A DNA stretch of 64,000 bases from the NCBI RefSeq assembly GCF_009914755.1, contig NC_060937.1, one strand, 5' to 3'. Source of the DNA: the human T2T-CHM13v2.0 reference genome, Homo sapiens. A program made the translations under genes and the position numbers. Each line of letters opens with the position of its first letter. Position 1 is the first letter of the stretch. Below the pieces are notes generated by a model. That model was not told the DNA's origin. It saw only the letters and a program-made list of their open reading frames with translations, and did no database searches. Of the stretch, positions 29,589 to 44,315 are shown piece by piece.

Positions 29589-30941
29589 AATTGTTAAAGT
29601 TCTAAAGTGAAATCCAACAGATTTTTAATAGTGTCTAGGAAAGGGGGTGGAATAGGAGGCTGTAGAAACCTGAATGCAATATTTTTATTATTAAAGAAAC
29701 GTGAATTTCTGTATAAATAATGTAACTAAATGTAATTTTAAATAATATTAATCGATAGACTTATTTTCAAATAAAGTAATATGAAGTAATATAAAATTAT
29801 TACGTTATGTATCTCAAGCTTAAACTTAATTGGAAGTCAAATTAATATATATATATTCTATCTCAATATAAATTTTTATATATATAAATATAGGTATGGT
29901 CGGTTATTCCCATCTAGTCTAACCAAAAAGAGAAAAGTGAAAAGAAAAATAAAAGAGAAAAGAAAGGAAGAATAACACTTTTTCTATTTAAGCTACTCTA
30001 ACAGGTTACTTACAACTTTTAAGCTTCCTTAGTTCAGAGACTCCCCAAAGCATTATTGCGTATAAATACATTTCATTAATGACAACAACAACAAAAATCA
30101 CATAGGGAACCAATTTCTGAGATGATTAATTGTTACCAGTTAAAATAAAGTTTTCTTCTTGGTAAATACAACTGCATATTAATTATAAATGTCTACTAAT
30201 AGCTTAACAAATGCACTTAGAGAGCCAAACAGCATTTATCATAAAACCTAAACTCGGTATTAGAGTATAAAAATTCCATGTGCCATGCTTTCCTTTCTGT
30301 GTGGATTAATACCATTTACACAAATGAATTATGTGGAAAGTGTCATATCATAGTAAATCATCAACAAAGTGCTTTATTAATAATATAATAACCTAAAATC
30401 ATTAATAATTGTAATATATGTGATACTTTACCATGTGAATAAAATAAATCCACACTGCATTTTGTTTTGTGTGTTTTCTTGAATTTGAAATCATAATCAA
30501 AAAGAAAATGATAGAGAGAAATTACTGATTGGCTTACTTGTGCAAAGGCAATATTGTTTAGCTTCAAATTGCTTTTTCCCAAAATAGGACTAAGAAAATA
30601 GAGCTCCTATATCCAGAAATCTGTTTCCTTCACTGAGCAAATAATCAAAATTTAAATATAAAAACAGATTTGTTGAAATGGGAATATTTTTAAAAGTTTT
30701 ATTTTCCAAATTCTATTACCCTGATTTATGTTTAATGAAAAATTCATTTTCTTAGACATGTAAGGTTTATACAAATAGCATTATACAAAAATATAATTGG
30801 ATTTTCATACATATATATACACACACAATTTAGATTGCTCTTTGATTATATAGTAATATAACATTTTATTTTTTTTTTCTTTTTGAAATCTAGTACTTAT
30901 TCAATATTATGATTATCTTTCCAATGAAGTATGAGAGGAAA

Positions 30942-31560
30942 TGTAGGAGCCAAAGGAGAGCTTTCCCCTAGGCCCTCTGAAGATTCACTGAAAAATCAAT
31001 TCATTAAGGCAGATTAACTAGAGTAAACGAATACAAATTTATTTAGTGCAGGTATAAAGGAGCATTCAGAATGAAGACCAAAAGATACAGAGGAAATGCT
31101 TAGATTCAACACAGTATGTATGGACAGCCAAGTAGAAATATGACTGGACAAAAAGTATATGATCTCATGCTAATGGATAGAATGAGGAAACCAAGCAAGG
31201 TCTCTGTGTCCAGATTCTTCTTGGCTATTCCTGAGTAGGTTTCCTTCTGTGTATGGGGCAAGACTCTCTCTAGAATGGGGGATTTTATGACCTACAGTCA
31301 ACAAGATAAGTCAGATAATTTCTAGATGACCAGTTTTTACACAAAAATGTGCAGGCAAAGTTAGAGTAATATTTTTAGATTTTATAGTTGGTTTTAGGGA
31401 CAAGAGGTACTGGTTTCTATGAGACACTTTGGGTAAGATGAGTTCGAGTTTCTATGGCTAGCCATGGGAGAGCATGGGACTGATGGTGCAGGAGATGGTC
31501 ACAGAAAAACTTTTGCTTCTGAGGCCTTCATTTTTGTGTATAGTTTTCTGATCCCCAACA
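30942..31560 (-). mobile_element. ERV1 solo LTR, LTR29-like (MER34/MER39 group)
   Basis: TGTAGGAGCC...GCCCTCTGAAGATTCACTGAAAAATCAA...GAAAAACTTTTGCTTCTGAGGCCTTCATTTT...CCCCAACA; 4-bp TSD GAAA/GACA. Confidence 0.8.
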
Positions 31561-31838
31561 GACACTAGACAGCAACTCAAAGCCACATGAAAAAATAAAG
31601 TTCTCAAAAAAGGCAAATGAATGGGCAGTCACAAAAGCTAGTAGTATTTTAAAAACGGTTATTAACTCCACTTTTGTTTTCTGTATGATTTAAGAGAATA
31701 ATGCATAAAAATACTATTAGTCTAAATGTTAATACAATTGTAACTTTGTTTTATAACCTCACCTTTTATTTTCTACATAATTTAAGAGCCTAATGTATTT
31801 AAAAGAGTTATTTATTTTGGGGGGCACACAATACATAA

Positions 31839-32218
<380 letters not shown>

Positions 32219-32723
32219 GCAAAGTTTTTATATGTTATCAAAATTAAGCTGGTATAAATTCAAATAAGAGTGCTATAAGTTTAGAATATTAAATATAATT
32301 CCTACGGTAAAGATAAAAATAAAAATACCTATAGAATATATAAACAAAAGAAGTTTTTTAAGTAAATATCTTACTACAAAAAAATCAACTAAACACCAAA
32401 GAAAACAGTAACGTATAAAATGAAGAACAAAAAAGCTATAAGGCATCCCTAAAACAAATTACGAAGTGAACGAATTAAGTCTTTCCTTATCTGTAATTAC
32501 CTTAAATGTAAAAGTATTATGCTCTCTAATCAAAACACAGAGATTAGCAGAATGAAGAAGATAATATGGTCCAACTACGTGCTGTCTACAGGAGACTCAC
32601 TTTAGATCCAAAGACACAAATTGATTTTAAATTACAGAATGGAAAAACCTATTCCAAGCAAATGGGAACCGAAAGAGATCAGAGGTGGCTATACTAAACT
32701 ATTACAAAAAATAGACTTTACAT

Positions 32724-33294
32724 TGTAGGAACCAAGGGAAAACTTCCCTTTCACTCTGAGAAGATTTGCTGAAAAATCAGCTCACAAAAGGCAGATTAAT
32801 AAGAGAAAAGGTTTACAATTTTTTTAAACAGGTACACAAGGAGAATCACAGAGTGAGTACCTACTCCCTCAGTGGGATTCAGAAAGTGTATGTACCATCT
32901 TGAGGTTACAGAAAAGAATGGGGTATTGGATCCTTGCCAAAACAGGTTATAATGGTAAAACAAATTATAGTGGAAAGACAGTTTACGGGAAGGAGAGAAG
33001 AGGAGGCTTGGCTAGGAAAGCTGGTTTTGTTATGTAGAATAAATCTCACAGATAGGAGCCCTCAAAAAAATTAATAATAAATGTTTGTTTCAGAGCTTTA
33101 AAGTTGTCAGACTCAGTTAATCTTTCCTAGATCTGGACAGTGGAAGGCCTGGCTTCACAGATTCTTTACGGAAGTAAATCTCCCCCACAAAAGAAAGCTT
33201 TAGAGGGCTACTCCTCTTTGCTGACTCTCTGAACTGCCATTTCAAAATATATCAAAGAAATATATTTTGGGGTAAAATATTTTGATTTCTTTGA
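32724..33294 (-). mobile_element. ERV1 solo LTR, MER34/LTR49 group
   Basis: TGTAGGAACCAAGGGAAAACTTCCC...GCAGATTAATAAGAGAAAAGG...CAAAGAAATATATTTTGGGGTAAAATATTTTGATTTC; TSD ACAT/AAAT splits the L1 motif ATAGACTTTAAATCAAAA. Confidence 0.82.
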
Positions 33295-34660
33295 AAATCA
33301 AAACAGGTTCCCAGGAACAAAAGAATAACATTATGTATTAATAAAAATTTTAATACAGCAAGAAGATGTAACAATTATCAACATTTACTCACCTACTTGC
33401 AGACTATCAAAATATATAAGAAAAAAAACCTGACAGATTGAAGGGAAGAAAAGAAAGTTCTAAAATAATAGTTTCAGAATTTAATACCTTATTGGCAACA
33501 TTGGATAAAACAAACTGACAGAAGATGAGTGAGAAAATAGAGGATTTAAACAACACAGTAAACTAGCTACATCTAACAGATATATATATATACAGAACAC
33601 TCTGCCCAAACACAACAGCATAGACATTTTTCTCATGTACACATGGGACATTTTCCAGGACAGATCATATATTGGGCCAAAATTCCATCTCAAAAAATGT
33701 AAAAAGATAGATGTAATACAAAGTACCTTATTCAAGCACAAAGAGATAAAGTTAGAAATTAATAACAAAAGTACAATTGGAAAATTCACAAATTTGTGAA
33801 AATTAAACAAAACTCTAGTAAACAACCAATAGATCAAAAAAGAAATCACAAGGAAAATTAGAAAATAATTTAGAGATGAATAAAAATTCAAACACAAAAG
33901 TGATGCTAAGAAGGAATTTATTCTTATAAACACTTATATTAAAAATTTAAGCAAAAATCAAATTGAAAACATAAATTTACAACTTAGGAAACTAAAAAAG
34001 GAAAAATAAACTCAACACTATCAGAAGAAAGGAAATAATGATTAGAATACACATAAATGAAACAGAGAACACAAAAGCAGCAATCAATGAACCCTAAAGT
34101 TGTTTTTTCTTTGGGCAGAACAAAAAGAAATTCACAAACCTTTAGCTAGATGAACAAAGAAGAGATAATTATCAAATTACTAAAATTACAACTAAATATG
34201 TGGACATTACTCTTGATTTTACAGAAATAAAGAGGATTTTAAAAGACTACTATGAAAAATTATATGACAACAAATGGAATAAATCCATATAAAAAGGACA
34301 GTTTTCTAGAAACATAAGATCTACCAAGACTAAATTGAAATACATAATTTGAATAGAACTATAACTAGTAGGAAAATTGGATTAATAACCAAAAATATCC
34401 TAACAGAGAAAACCTCTGAACCTGATGATTTCACTGGTGAATTCTACCAGACATTTAAAGACCAATAATCCTTCTCAAACTTTTCAAAAAAAGAGAGTAC
34501 TTTCTAACTCACTGACATGAGACAGTGTTACACTGATACCAAAGCAAAAGACACTATAAATTTTAAAAAGTACAGATCAATATCTCTTGCAAACTCATGC
34601 AAAATTCTCAACCAAACACTAGCGAACCGAATTCAGCAGGGTATAAAACATATTAAACAC

Positions 34661-36896
34661 TGTATCAATCCATTTTCCTGCTACTGATAAAGACATACCT
34701 GACTGAGAAGAAAAAGAGGTTCAATTGAACTTACAGTTCCACATGGCTGGGGAGGCCTCAGAATCCTGGCTGAAGGTTAAAGCACTTCTTACATGGCAGC
34801 GGCAAAAGAAAATGAGGAAGATGCAAAACCAGAAACCTCTGATAAAATCAACAGATCTCTTGAGACTTACTCATTATCAAACTGAGCCCATGATTCAAAT
34901 TATCTCCCACTGGGTCCCTCCCACAACATGTGGGAATTATGGGAGTACAATTCAAGATAAGATTTGGGTGGAGACACAGAGCCAAACCATATCTTTCTGC
35001 CCTTGGCCCCTCCAAATCTTATCTCCTCACATTTCCAAACCAATCATGCCTTCTCAACAGTTCCCCAACATTTTAACCCGTTTCAGCATTAACCTAAAAG
35101 TCCACAGTTCAGTCACATTGAGAGAAGGGAAACCCCTTCCACCACTGAGCTTGTAAAATCAAAAGCAAGCTAGTTACTTCCTAGATACAATGGGGGTACT
35201 GATATTGGGTAAATACAGCCATTCTAAATGGGAGAAATTGGCCCATGCAAGTCTGAAATTCAGTGGGGCAGTCAAATTCTAAAGTTCCAAAATGGTCTCC
35301 TTTGACTACATGTCTCACATCCAAGTCATGCTGATGCAAGAGGTAGGTTCCCATAGTCTTGGGAAGTTCCACCCTTGTGGCTTTGCAGGCTATAGCCCCC
35401 TACTAGCTGTTATCACAGGCTGGCATTGAATGTCTGTGGCTTTTCCAGGTTCATGGTGCAAGTTTTTGGTCGATTAGCCATTCTGGGGTCTGGAGGACGG
35501 TAGCCCTCTTCCCGGAGCTCCACTAGGCAATGCCCTAGTAGGGACTCTATGTGGGGGCCTCAACCCCATAGTTCCCTTCTGCACTGCCCTAGCAGAGGTT
35601 CTCCATGAGGGCCCTGCCCCTGCAGCAAACATCTGCCTGGGCCTCCAGGCGTTTCCATTCATCTTCTGAAATCTAGGAGGAGGTTCCCAAACCTCAATTT
35701 CTGACTTCTTTCCACCCGTAGGCTCAACATCACGTGGAAGCTGCCAAGGTTTAGAGCTTGCACCCTCTGAAACCATGGGCTGAACTATACCTTGTCCCCT
35801 TTTAGCAATGGCTAGAGTGGCTGGGATGCAGGGCCTCAAGTCCCTAGGCCGGACACATGGGCATGCTGGGCCAAGCCCACAAAATCATTTTTTTCTACTA
35901 GGCTTCAGGGTCTGTGACAGAAGGGGCTGCCAGGAAGACCTATGACATGCCCTGAAGACATTTTCCCCATTGTCTTGGGAATTAATATTTGGCTTCTTTT
36001 TATGTATGAAAATTTCTGCAGCCTGCAAGAATTTCTTTTCAAAAAATGGATTTTTCTTTCCTACTACTTCGTCAGGCTACAAATTTTCTGAACTTCTATA
36101 CTGTTTCTCTTTTAAAACAGAATGCTTTTAACAGCACCCAAGTCATCTTTTGAATGGTTTGCTGCCTAGAAATTTCTTCTGCCAGATACCCTAAATAATC
36201 TCTCTGAAGTTCAAAGTTCCAAAAATCTTTAGGGCAGGGGCAAAATGCCACCATTCTCTTTGCTAAAACATAACAAGAGTCACTTTTGCCTTAGTTCCCA
36301 ACAAGTTCCTCATCTCCATCTGAGACCACCTCAGCCTGGACCTTATTGTTCATAGCACCACCAGCATTTTTGTCAAAGCCATTCAATAGGTCTCTAGGAG
36401 GTTCCAAACTTTCCCACATTTTCCTGTCTTCTTCTGAGCCCTCCAACTGTTAGAACCTCTGCCTGATACCCAGTTCCAAAGCGCTTCTACATTTTCAGGT
36501 ATCTTTTCAGCAACACCCCACACTACTGGTACCAGTTTACTGTATTATTCCGTTTTTATGCTGCTGACAAAGACATGCCCGAGACTGGGGAGAAAAAGAG
36601 GTTTAATTAGACATACACTTCCACATGGCTAGGGAGGCCTCACAATCATGGCAGAAGGCAAAAGGCACTTCTTACATGGCAGCAGCAAGAGAAAAATGAG
36701 GAACATGCAAAAGCAGAAATCTCTGATAAAACCATCAGATCTCATGAGACTTGTTCCCTATCATGAGAAGAGTATGGGAGAAACCACCCCCATGATTCAA
36801 ATTACCTCCCATTGGGTCCCTCCCACAACACGTGGGAATTATGGGAGTACAATTTAAGATGAGATTTGAGTGAGGACACAGAGCTGAACCATATCA
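34661..36896 (-). mobile_element. Full-length THE1 (THE1C-like) MaLR: LTR 34661-34994, internal 34995-36540, LTR 36541-36896
   Basis: Two direct-repeat LTRs around ~1.55 kb of THE1 internal sequence (ORF 35474-35839 VWEPPPRFQKM...AAGAGPSWRTSARAVQK); TSD AACAC/AACAT. Confidence 0.95.
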
Positions 36897-37358
36897 AACA
36901 TTATAATCAAGAGAAATTTCTTCCTGTAATGCAAGGATGATTCAACGTATGGAAATTGATCTATGTAATACACTACGTTAACAGAAGGAGGGACAAAAAT
37001 ATATTTATCTCAACTGAAACAGAAAAAGTATTTGACCAAATTCAACACTTTTTCATTATAAAAAACTCAAACTAGTGATAGAAGGAAACTACCTCAACAT
37101 AAATAGAGCCACATATGAAAAACCTACAACAGACATTATACTCAGTGAAGACAGATTGACGGCTTTTCCTCAAAGATCAAGGCAAGAATGGTCATTTTTA
37201 TCACTTTTTAAATTCAACATATTAGTGAAAGTTCTAGCCTGAACAATTGACCTAAAAGAAAGAAAGAAATGAGAAGGAATCCAAATTAGAAAGGAAGAAG
37301 TAAAGTTATTTCTGTCTGCAGACGATAGGATCTTTTATATGTAGAAAACCTTAAAGAT

Positions 37359-37387
37359 ACACACACACTCACACACACATACACACA
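37359..37387. repeat. Imperfect (CA)n microsatellite
   Basis: AC run with two interruptions. Confidence 0.85.
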
Positions 37388-37841
37388 TGCAGAAACACAG
37401 ATACATACATAAACTGTTAGAACTAATAAACAATTTTACCAAGGAGCAGTATCCAAAGTCAACACACAAAAAGCAGCTGCAGTCCTACACATTAACAATG
37501 AATAATCTGTAAAACAAATGATGAAAACAATTCCATTGACAATAGTTTTTAAAAGAAATAAAAATGCTTAGGAATTAATCTAAGCAGTAAAAGTTTATAC
37601 AATGAAAACTATAAAACATTGCTGAAAGAAATTATAGGAGACATAAGAAAATAGAAACACATCCATGTTCATGAATTAAAAGACCATATTTTTAAATGTC
37701 AGTACTTACCAAAGTTATCTATAGACTCAAAGCAACCCGTATAAAAATCCTGAAAATATTTTTTTTGGCTGAAATGGAGAAACCCATCATAAACTTCATT
37801 GAAATGGCATCTCACAGAACACATAATTTTTTTTTTAAATA

Positions 37842-40800
37842 TGAGATGGCTCTTACTATTTTGAGGTATGTTCCTTCAATACCTCGTTTATTGAGAGTTT
37901 TTAATATGAAGAGGTGTTGAATATTATCGAAAGCCTTTTCTGCATCTATTGAGATAATCATGAGGTTTTTGTCTTTAGCTCTGTTTATGTGATGAATCAC
38001 ATTTATTGATTTTCATATGTTAAACCAACCTTGCATCCCAGGGGTAAAGCCTACTGGATTCTGGTGGATAAGCTTTTTGATATGCTGCTACATTGGGTTT
38101 GCCAGTGTGTTGTTAAGGATTTTTGTATAATGTTCATCAATGATATTGGTGTGAAATTTTGCTGTTGCTGTTTGGTCTCTGCTAGGCTTTAGTATTAGGA
38201 TGACACTGGCCTCACAGAATGGGTTAGGGAAGAGTCCCTTCTTCTCAGTTTTCTGGAATAACTTCAGTAGAAATGGTATCAGCTGTTTTTTTGTACATCT
38301 GGTAGAATTTGGCTGTGCCTCCATCTGGCCCTGGGCATTTTTTGTTTGGTAGGTGACTTATTACTGATTCCATTTTGGAGGTTGTTTTTTTTTTTTTTTT
38401 TCTGCTCAGGGAGTCCGTTCTGCCTGGTTCAGTCTTCAGACGGTGTATGTATCCAGGAACTGGTCCACCTCTTTTAGATTTTCTAGTTTGTATGCATAGA
38501 GGTGTCCATACCAGTTTCCAATAGTTGTTATTATTTCTGTGGGGTAAGTAGTAACATTTCCTTCATCATTTCTAATGGTGTTTATTTGGATTTTCTCCCT
38601 TTTTTAAAATTAGTCTAGTGTCCTATCTCTTATAAATTTTTTTCAAAAAACAATCTCCTGGATTCGTCCATCTTTTGATTGTTTTTTTTGTGTCCCAGTT
38701 TTGTTTAGTTAGACTCTGATTTTCCCTATATATTGTCTTCTGCTAGCTTTGGGGTTGGTTTGCTCTTGTTTCTCTAGTTCTTTTAGTTGTGATATTTGGT
38801 TGTTAAATTGAGATCTTTCTTACTTTTTGACATGGGCATTTAGTGCTATAAATTTCCCTCTTAATACTGACTTAGCTGTGTCCCAGAGATTCTGGTATGT
38901 TGTATCTTTGTTCTCATTAATTTCAAAGAAGTTATTGATTTACACTTTAATTTCGTGATTTACCCATATGTCATTCTTGCTGAAGTAGTAGAATGCTAGT
39001 AATTTTCTGTAGATTTCTATCAGGTCCATTTGATTCAGCACTGAGTTTAAGTCCTGACTATCTTTGTTAATTTTCTGCCTTGATGATCTGTCTAATACTG
39101 TCAGTGAGATGTTGAAGTCTCCCACAAACCCACAGCCAATATACTAAATAGGCAAAAGCTGGAAGCATTTTCCTTAAAAACTGGCACAAGACAAGAATGC
39201 TGTCTCTCACCACCCATTTTCAACACGGCATTGAAAATCCTGGCCAGAGCAATCAGGCAAGAGAAATAAATAAAGGGCATCCAAATAGGAAGAGAGGAAG
39301 TCAAATGATTCCTGTTTGCAGATGACATGATTCCATATCTAGAAAACCCTATTGTTGCAACCCAAAAGCTCCTTAAGCTGATAAACAACTTCAGTGACGC
39401 TTCAGTATACACAATCAAAGTACAAAAATTACTAGCGTTCTACTACTTCAACAAGAGTCAAGCTGAAAACCAAATTAGGAATGCAATCTCACTCACTCCT
39501 GTCACAAAAAGAATAAAATACCTAAGAGTACAGTTAATGAGGGAGTTGAAAGATCTCTACAAGAAGAACTACAGAACACCCCTCAAAAAAAAAAATCAGA
39601 GATGACACAAAACAATGGAAAAAATTTCATGTTCATAGATAGAATCCATATCACCAACTTGCTATACTGCCCAAAGCAATTTACATATTCAGTGCTATTC
39701 CTATCAAACTGCCAAATGATATTCTTCACAAACTAGAAAAAAATGATTAAAAAATGCATATGGAAACAAAAAAGAGCTCAAATAGTCAAGGAAATCCTAA
39801 GCAAAAAGAACAGAGCTGGATGGAAGTGTCACGCTACCTGACTTCAAACTATACTGCAGGGCTACAGTAACCAAAACAGCATGGTACTGAACACACAGAC
39901 TGATGGAAGAGAACAGAGAGCCCAGAAATGAGGCCACACACCTACAACCATCTGTTCTTTGATAAAGCTAACAAAAACAAGCAACAGAGAAATGACTCCC
40001 TGTTCAGTAAGTGATGGTGGGATAACTGGCTGGCTATGTGCAGAAAATTGAAACTGGACCCCTTCCTTACAACATATACAAAAAATCATATATAAAAAAA
40101 TCAACTGAATATAGATTAAAGACTTAAATGTAAAATTCCAAAATGTAGAAACGCTGGAAGACAACGTATGCAATACCATAACGAACATAGGACCTGGCAA
40201 AGATTTCATAACAGTTGGCAAAAGCAATCACAATAAAAGCAAAAATTGACAAATGTGATCTAATTAAAGAGCTCTGTACAGCAAAAGCAACTATCAACAG
40301 AGTAAATAGACAACCTACAGAATAGGAGAAAATATTTGCAAACTATGCACCTGACAAAGGTCTAATATTCAGCATCTGTAAGAAACTTAAATAAATTCAC
40401 AAGAAAAAAATGAATGACCTCATTAAAAAGTAGGCACAAGACATGAACTTTTCAACAGAATACATACATGTGACCGATAAGCATATTGAAAAAATGCTCA
40501 ACATCACTGATCATAGATAAATGCAAATCAAAACCACAATGAGATACCATCTCACACCAGTCAGAACAGCTGGATATTAAAAAGTCAAATAATAACAGGT
40601 GTTGGTGAGATTGTGCAGCAAAATTAATGCCGATGTATAGTTGGCAGGATTATAAATTAGTACAACCATTTGGAAAACACTGTGGCAATTCCTCAAAGAT
40701 CTAAAAACAGAAATACCATTAAACCCAGCAATCTCATTACTGGGTATATACCCAAACAAATATGTCATTCTACCATAAAGACACATACATGCTATGTTCA

Positions 40801-41265
40801 TTGTAGCACCATTCCCAATAGCAAATACATGGAATCAACTTAAATGCCCATAAATGGTAGACCAGATGAAGAAAATTTGGTACATTATACACCATGGAAT
40901 GCTATGCAGCCATAAGAATGAATCAGATTATATTATTTGCAGAAACATGAATGGAACATTATCTATATTATTATTATAAAGTCATTAGCCTTAGCAAACT
41001 AACACAGGAACAGAAAACCGTATACACATATTCTCACTTACAAGTAGGAGCTAAATGATGAGGACACATAGACATACAGAGGGGAACAAGCACTGGGGCC
41101 TACTGGAGGGTGAAGGATAGGAGGAGGGAGAGGATAAGGAAAAATAATTAATGGGTACTGGGCTTAATATCTGGGTGACAAAACAATCTGTACAACAAAT
41201 CCTCTGATATGAATTTACCTATATAACAAACCTGCACCTGTACCCTTAAACATAAAAGTTTTTTG
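37842..41265 (+). mobile_element. 5'-truncated, 5'-inverted L1PA (L1PA11-13-like)
   Basis: ORF2 on minus ~37842-39125; sense ORF2 and 3' UTR ~39124-41265 (LFADDM at ~39312-39330); breakpoints adjoin at AAGAGCCATCT/ACAAACCCACAGCC; 3' UTR AAAAATAATTAATGGGTACTGGGCTTAATA. Confidence 0.92.
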
Positions 41266-41724
41266 AAAATCTTAAATAAAAGAAGAAAGCTAGAAAACTC
41301 ATACTTTCTGATTTGAAAACTTGCTACAAAGCAACAATAATTAAAACAGTGTATTACTGGCATCAGGGAAGGCATATATAGTCCAACAGAATGAATTTAG
41401 AGCCCAGAAATAAGTCCTCATATATATGATCAAATTATTTTTCAATTTGTAAAAGATGGTCTTTCCAGCAAATGATAATGGGAAAACTGGATATCCACCT
41501 ATAAAAGAAAGAAGTTGAACCTTTACCTAATCTTATATACAAAAATTAATTCAAAATACAAGACTAAAATGTAAGACTTCAATATATAAAACTCTTAGAA
41601 GTAAGCGTAACACAAATGCTTTATGATATTAGATTTGGAAGTGATTTCTTGGATATGACAGCATTAGCAGCAAAAGAAAAAATAGACAAATTGCACCTTA
41701 TGAAATTAAGAAATTTCAGAACAC

Positions 41725-42060
41725 AATGCAGATGTGAAACTCATTGAACATAAGATGGAAGGAAGCCAGAAAAGAAGGTAAAGCCTGAGACCGCTATCCA
41801 GACCTGACAAATTCTTGGCCACCATGATGAAGATCTCTGAAATAAGCATTGCCCAGTAGAGTCCTGCATTGGACAAAAATGACCAGCCTTGGTAATCCTG
41901 CTAAGTTTAGTCATTGCCTGGGGTCTTCTCAGGTAATGTGTGGTTCCTGCTTAAATGTTGGGACAGAACGTAAAGATGCTGTAATTAGGGGCTGTTAGCT
42001 ACCTGCCATATTCACAGCTGAATAACAAGCTCCTTTTCAAAGGGAAATCCAAGCAGTGCA
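41725..42060 (-). mobile_element. ERVL LTR fragment, LTR16A/B-like
   Basis: ATTGCCCAGTAGAGTCCTGCATTGGAC, AGTCATTGCCTGGGG, GGCTGTTAGCTA, AAGGGAAATCCAAGCAGTGCA. Confidence 0.65.
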
Positions 42061-42891
42061 AGTAAAGGATAATCATGGCAGAACTAGATGATGAAAGCTT
42101 GAAGTAATAATCACATATTTTCATAGAGATATGGAGATACATGAAAAAATAATTTGATTTTACTTTAATTTGACTTTAGCTTTTGATAATATTTAACAAC
42201 TTTACAGATGCTTATAAATAAGAATAAAATAATGCCTATATAAAAGATATAGTACATTAGTATAAAATTATGTGATAGTGAAATGAAAATACTAGTTCAA
42301 TTCAATAAAAAATGTTAAAATGATGAATGTGAAATTAATTTACATATGGTGATGGCTATTTTTTGGGATTTGCCATGTAGATTTAAATAAGTAATGTAAT
42401 CATTTTTTGAAAAAATCCCAAATATACTGAAAATCCTATTATTTGCAAATACTTAATTTTATACTAAAAAATTGATAAAAAGTGTGTAAAGTTTCCTTTT
42501 ATTCCTTAAGATCCATTTGTGGGTTGCAGGACCAAAAATGTTTGATGACTTCTGTTAAGTAGTTTGGTAGTTGAATTGGGGAAAATACTGATAATGAATC
42601 AAAATACAGTGTCTCTGGACAAATTAGCATATTTTGTTCCTTAAATCCTTGATATCTTGTGACTGTCAACAAATATGTGTATTTGGTTAAAGTTCACACT
42701 TTTACTGAAATAAATAGAAAGATGCCTCAAATGCAATTCTTTCAACATTACCTGTATGGCCACAGATTCCATGCATTATATTAAGACATTATATCCATTT
42801 TATTCATTAGGGTAAGGTTGTATCCCGCAAGTGTTAGGAACAAGAAAACAATTATAAAGTTCTTAGACTTTTCATTTTTGAAGTGCTCAGG

Positions 42892-43022
42892 ATATATATA
42901 ATATAAATATACATATATACTTTATATTTAATATATATTTAAATATATATATTTAATATATAATATTTAATATATATAAATTTATATATGTATATATAAA
43001 TATACATATATAAAATATATAT
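42892..43022. repeat. (TA)-rich low-complexity tract
   Basis: Nearly pure A/T, degenerate TA repeat. Confidence 0.9.
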
Positions 43023-43704
43023 TTTCAGCAGAAGACTGCATGTATTTTTTTTCTAATATGAGAAATATCTAGGTTTAACTAGCAGAATAAATTTTGGAGA
43101 TTAAAATTTTACCTATTCAAATATGCACTACTGTAAAAATCAATATATGTGTTTATGTAGAGAGATAAATCACTTTCTTGTCTTCAAATGCTTGTAATTT
43201 TACTTATATCATTTGATTGAATAGAATATATTAAATTAGTGCCAGATTCATCTGAAAAAAACCTCAGTGCCAATAGAATACACACACAAATTGCAAGGGA
43301 TCAATAAGGATTTTTCTGAATGAATGACTAAATAGATGGATGAAGTTACTGCCACTGGAGGCTACTGGAGATAGTTCTAAATATTCCAAATTTCTATTTT
43401 TAATACCCTGTTCATCACATTGTAAAAGGGAGTAAATATAATAGATTTTATCCTGAATTAATAATGAAATGGTATTGAACTTAAAAATGTGTAAAATACA
43501 AATATTGAATATAGTAAATAGCTTAAATGTGTTTGTGGCTAGCTTGGACTGCTCATGTGATAAACAACAAAATATATATGTGTGTGTGTGTCATATATAT
43601 ATATATGGCGTCACTATCTTTTAGTCACATTATAAGGTAAAAATGAAAATCATGACTTTATCCTGAGCTCCAAAACATAGAATCAATTAATGTATGCTTA
43701 AGGT

Positions 43705-43996
43705 TTTCCTCATTGAACTAAAGAAGCCAGACAGGAAAGAATACATACTATATGACCATATAGGTGGTATTTACTGTATATATAGTAAGACTAATCTGTG
43801 TGATTAAGCGTCAGATAGTGGTTACCCTTTTGTGTTTCAGCTGTGATTGGAGAGGGCATTCAGGATTCAGCCATTGTCTGCATCTTGATTTGGGTACTGG
43901 TTACATGAGTGGGTTGAACTGATGAAAACTCATTGAACTCACAATTTATACACCTTATACTTATTGAAGTATTTTGTATTTCAGTAAGAGTTAAAA
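43705..43996 (+). mobile_element. L1ME-type 3' UTR fragment
   Basis: AAAGAAGCCAGACAGGAAAGAATACATACTATATGA, GTCAGATAGTGGTTACCCTT, TCTTGATTTGGGTACTGGTTACATGAGTG. Confidence 0.75.
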
Positions 43997-44315
43997 ACTG
44001 AATTCTTTAATTGAAAAATTCCTCATTGGATTTTAGAATAAAAACGTAAAATATTCTGGATTGAAAATTCAGCATTCATGATTTATCTGTTAAATTGTCA
44101 TGAGCATCTAAATTTAATAATACTTTTTTTGGAAAACAGAAATAAGTCCTCTAAATGAATGCTATCAAATACACCAAACTGGTGAGGTTCACTTAACAGC
44201 AAGTAAAGCTGTGAATGATAATAATGATAAAGAAGAGGAAGTATAATTGGATGTCTGGGGCTTATAAAATATGACAAACCATAAGAAACCTGGTGGCACA
44301 TAAAAAAAGAAAGAG

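Noticed and set aside
33481-33933. 150-aa hydrophobic ORF as a membrane protein
   Set aside because: Antisense reading of A-rich L1 ORF2; T-rich codons produce the hydrophobicity.
34725-36857. 143-aa, 121-aa and 69-aa ORFs as novel genes or paralogues
   Set aside because: Translations of the two THE1 LTRs and the degenerate internal region.
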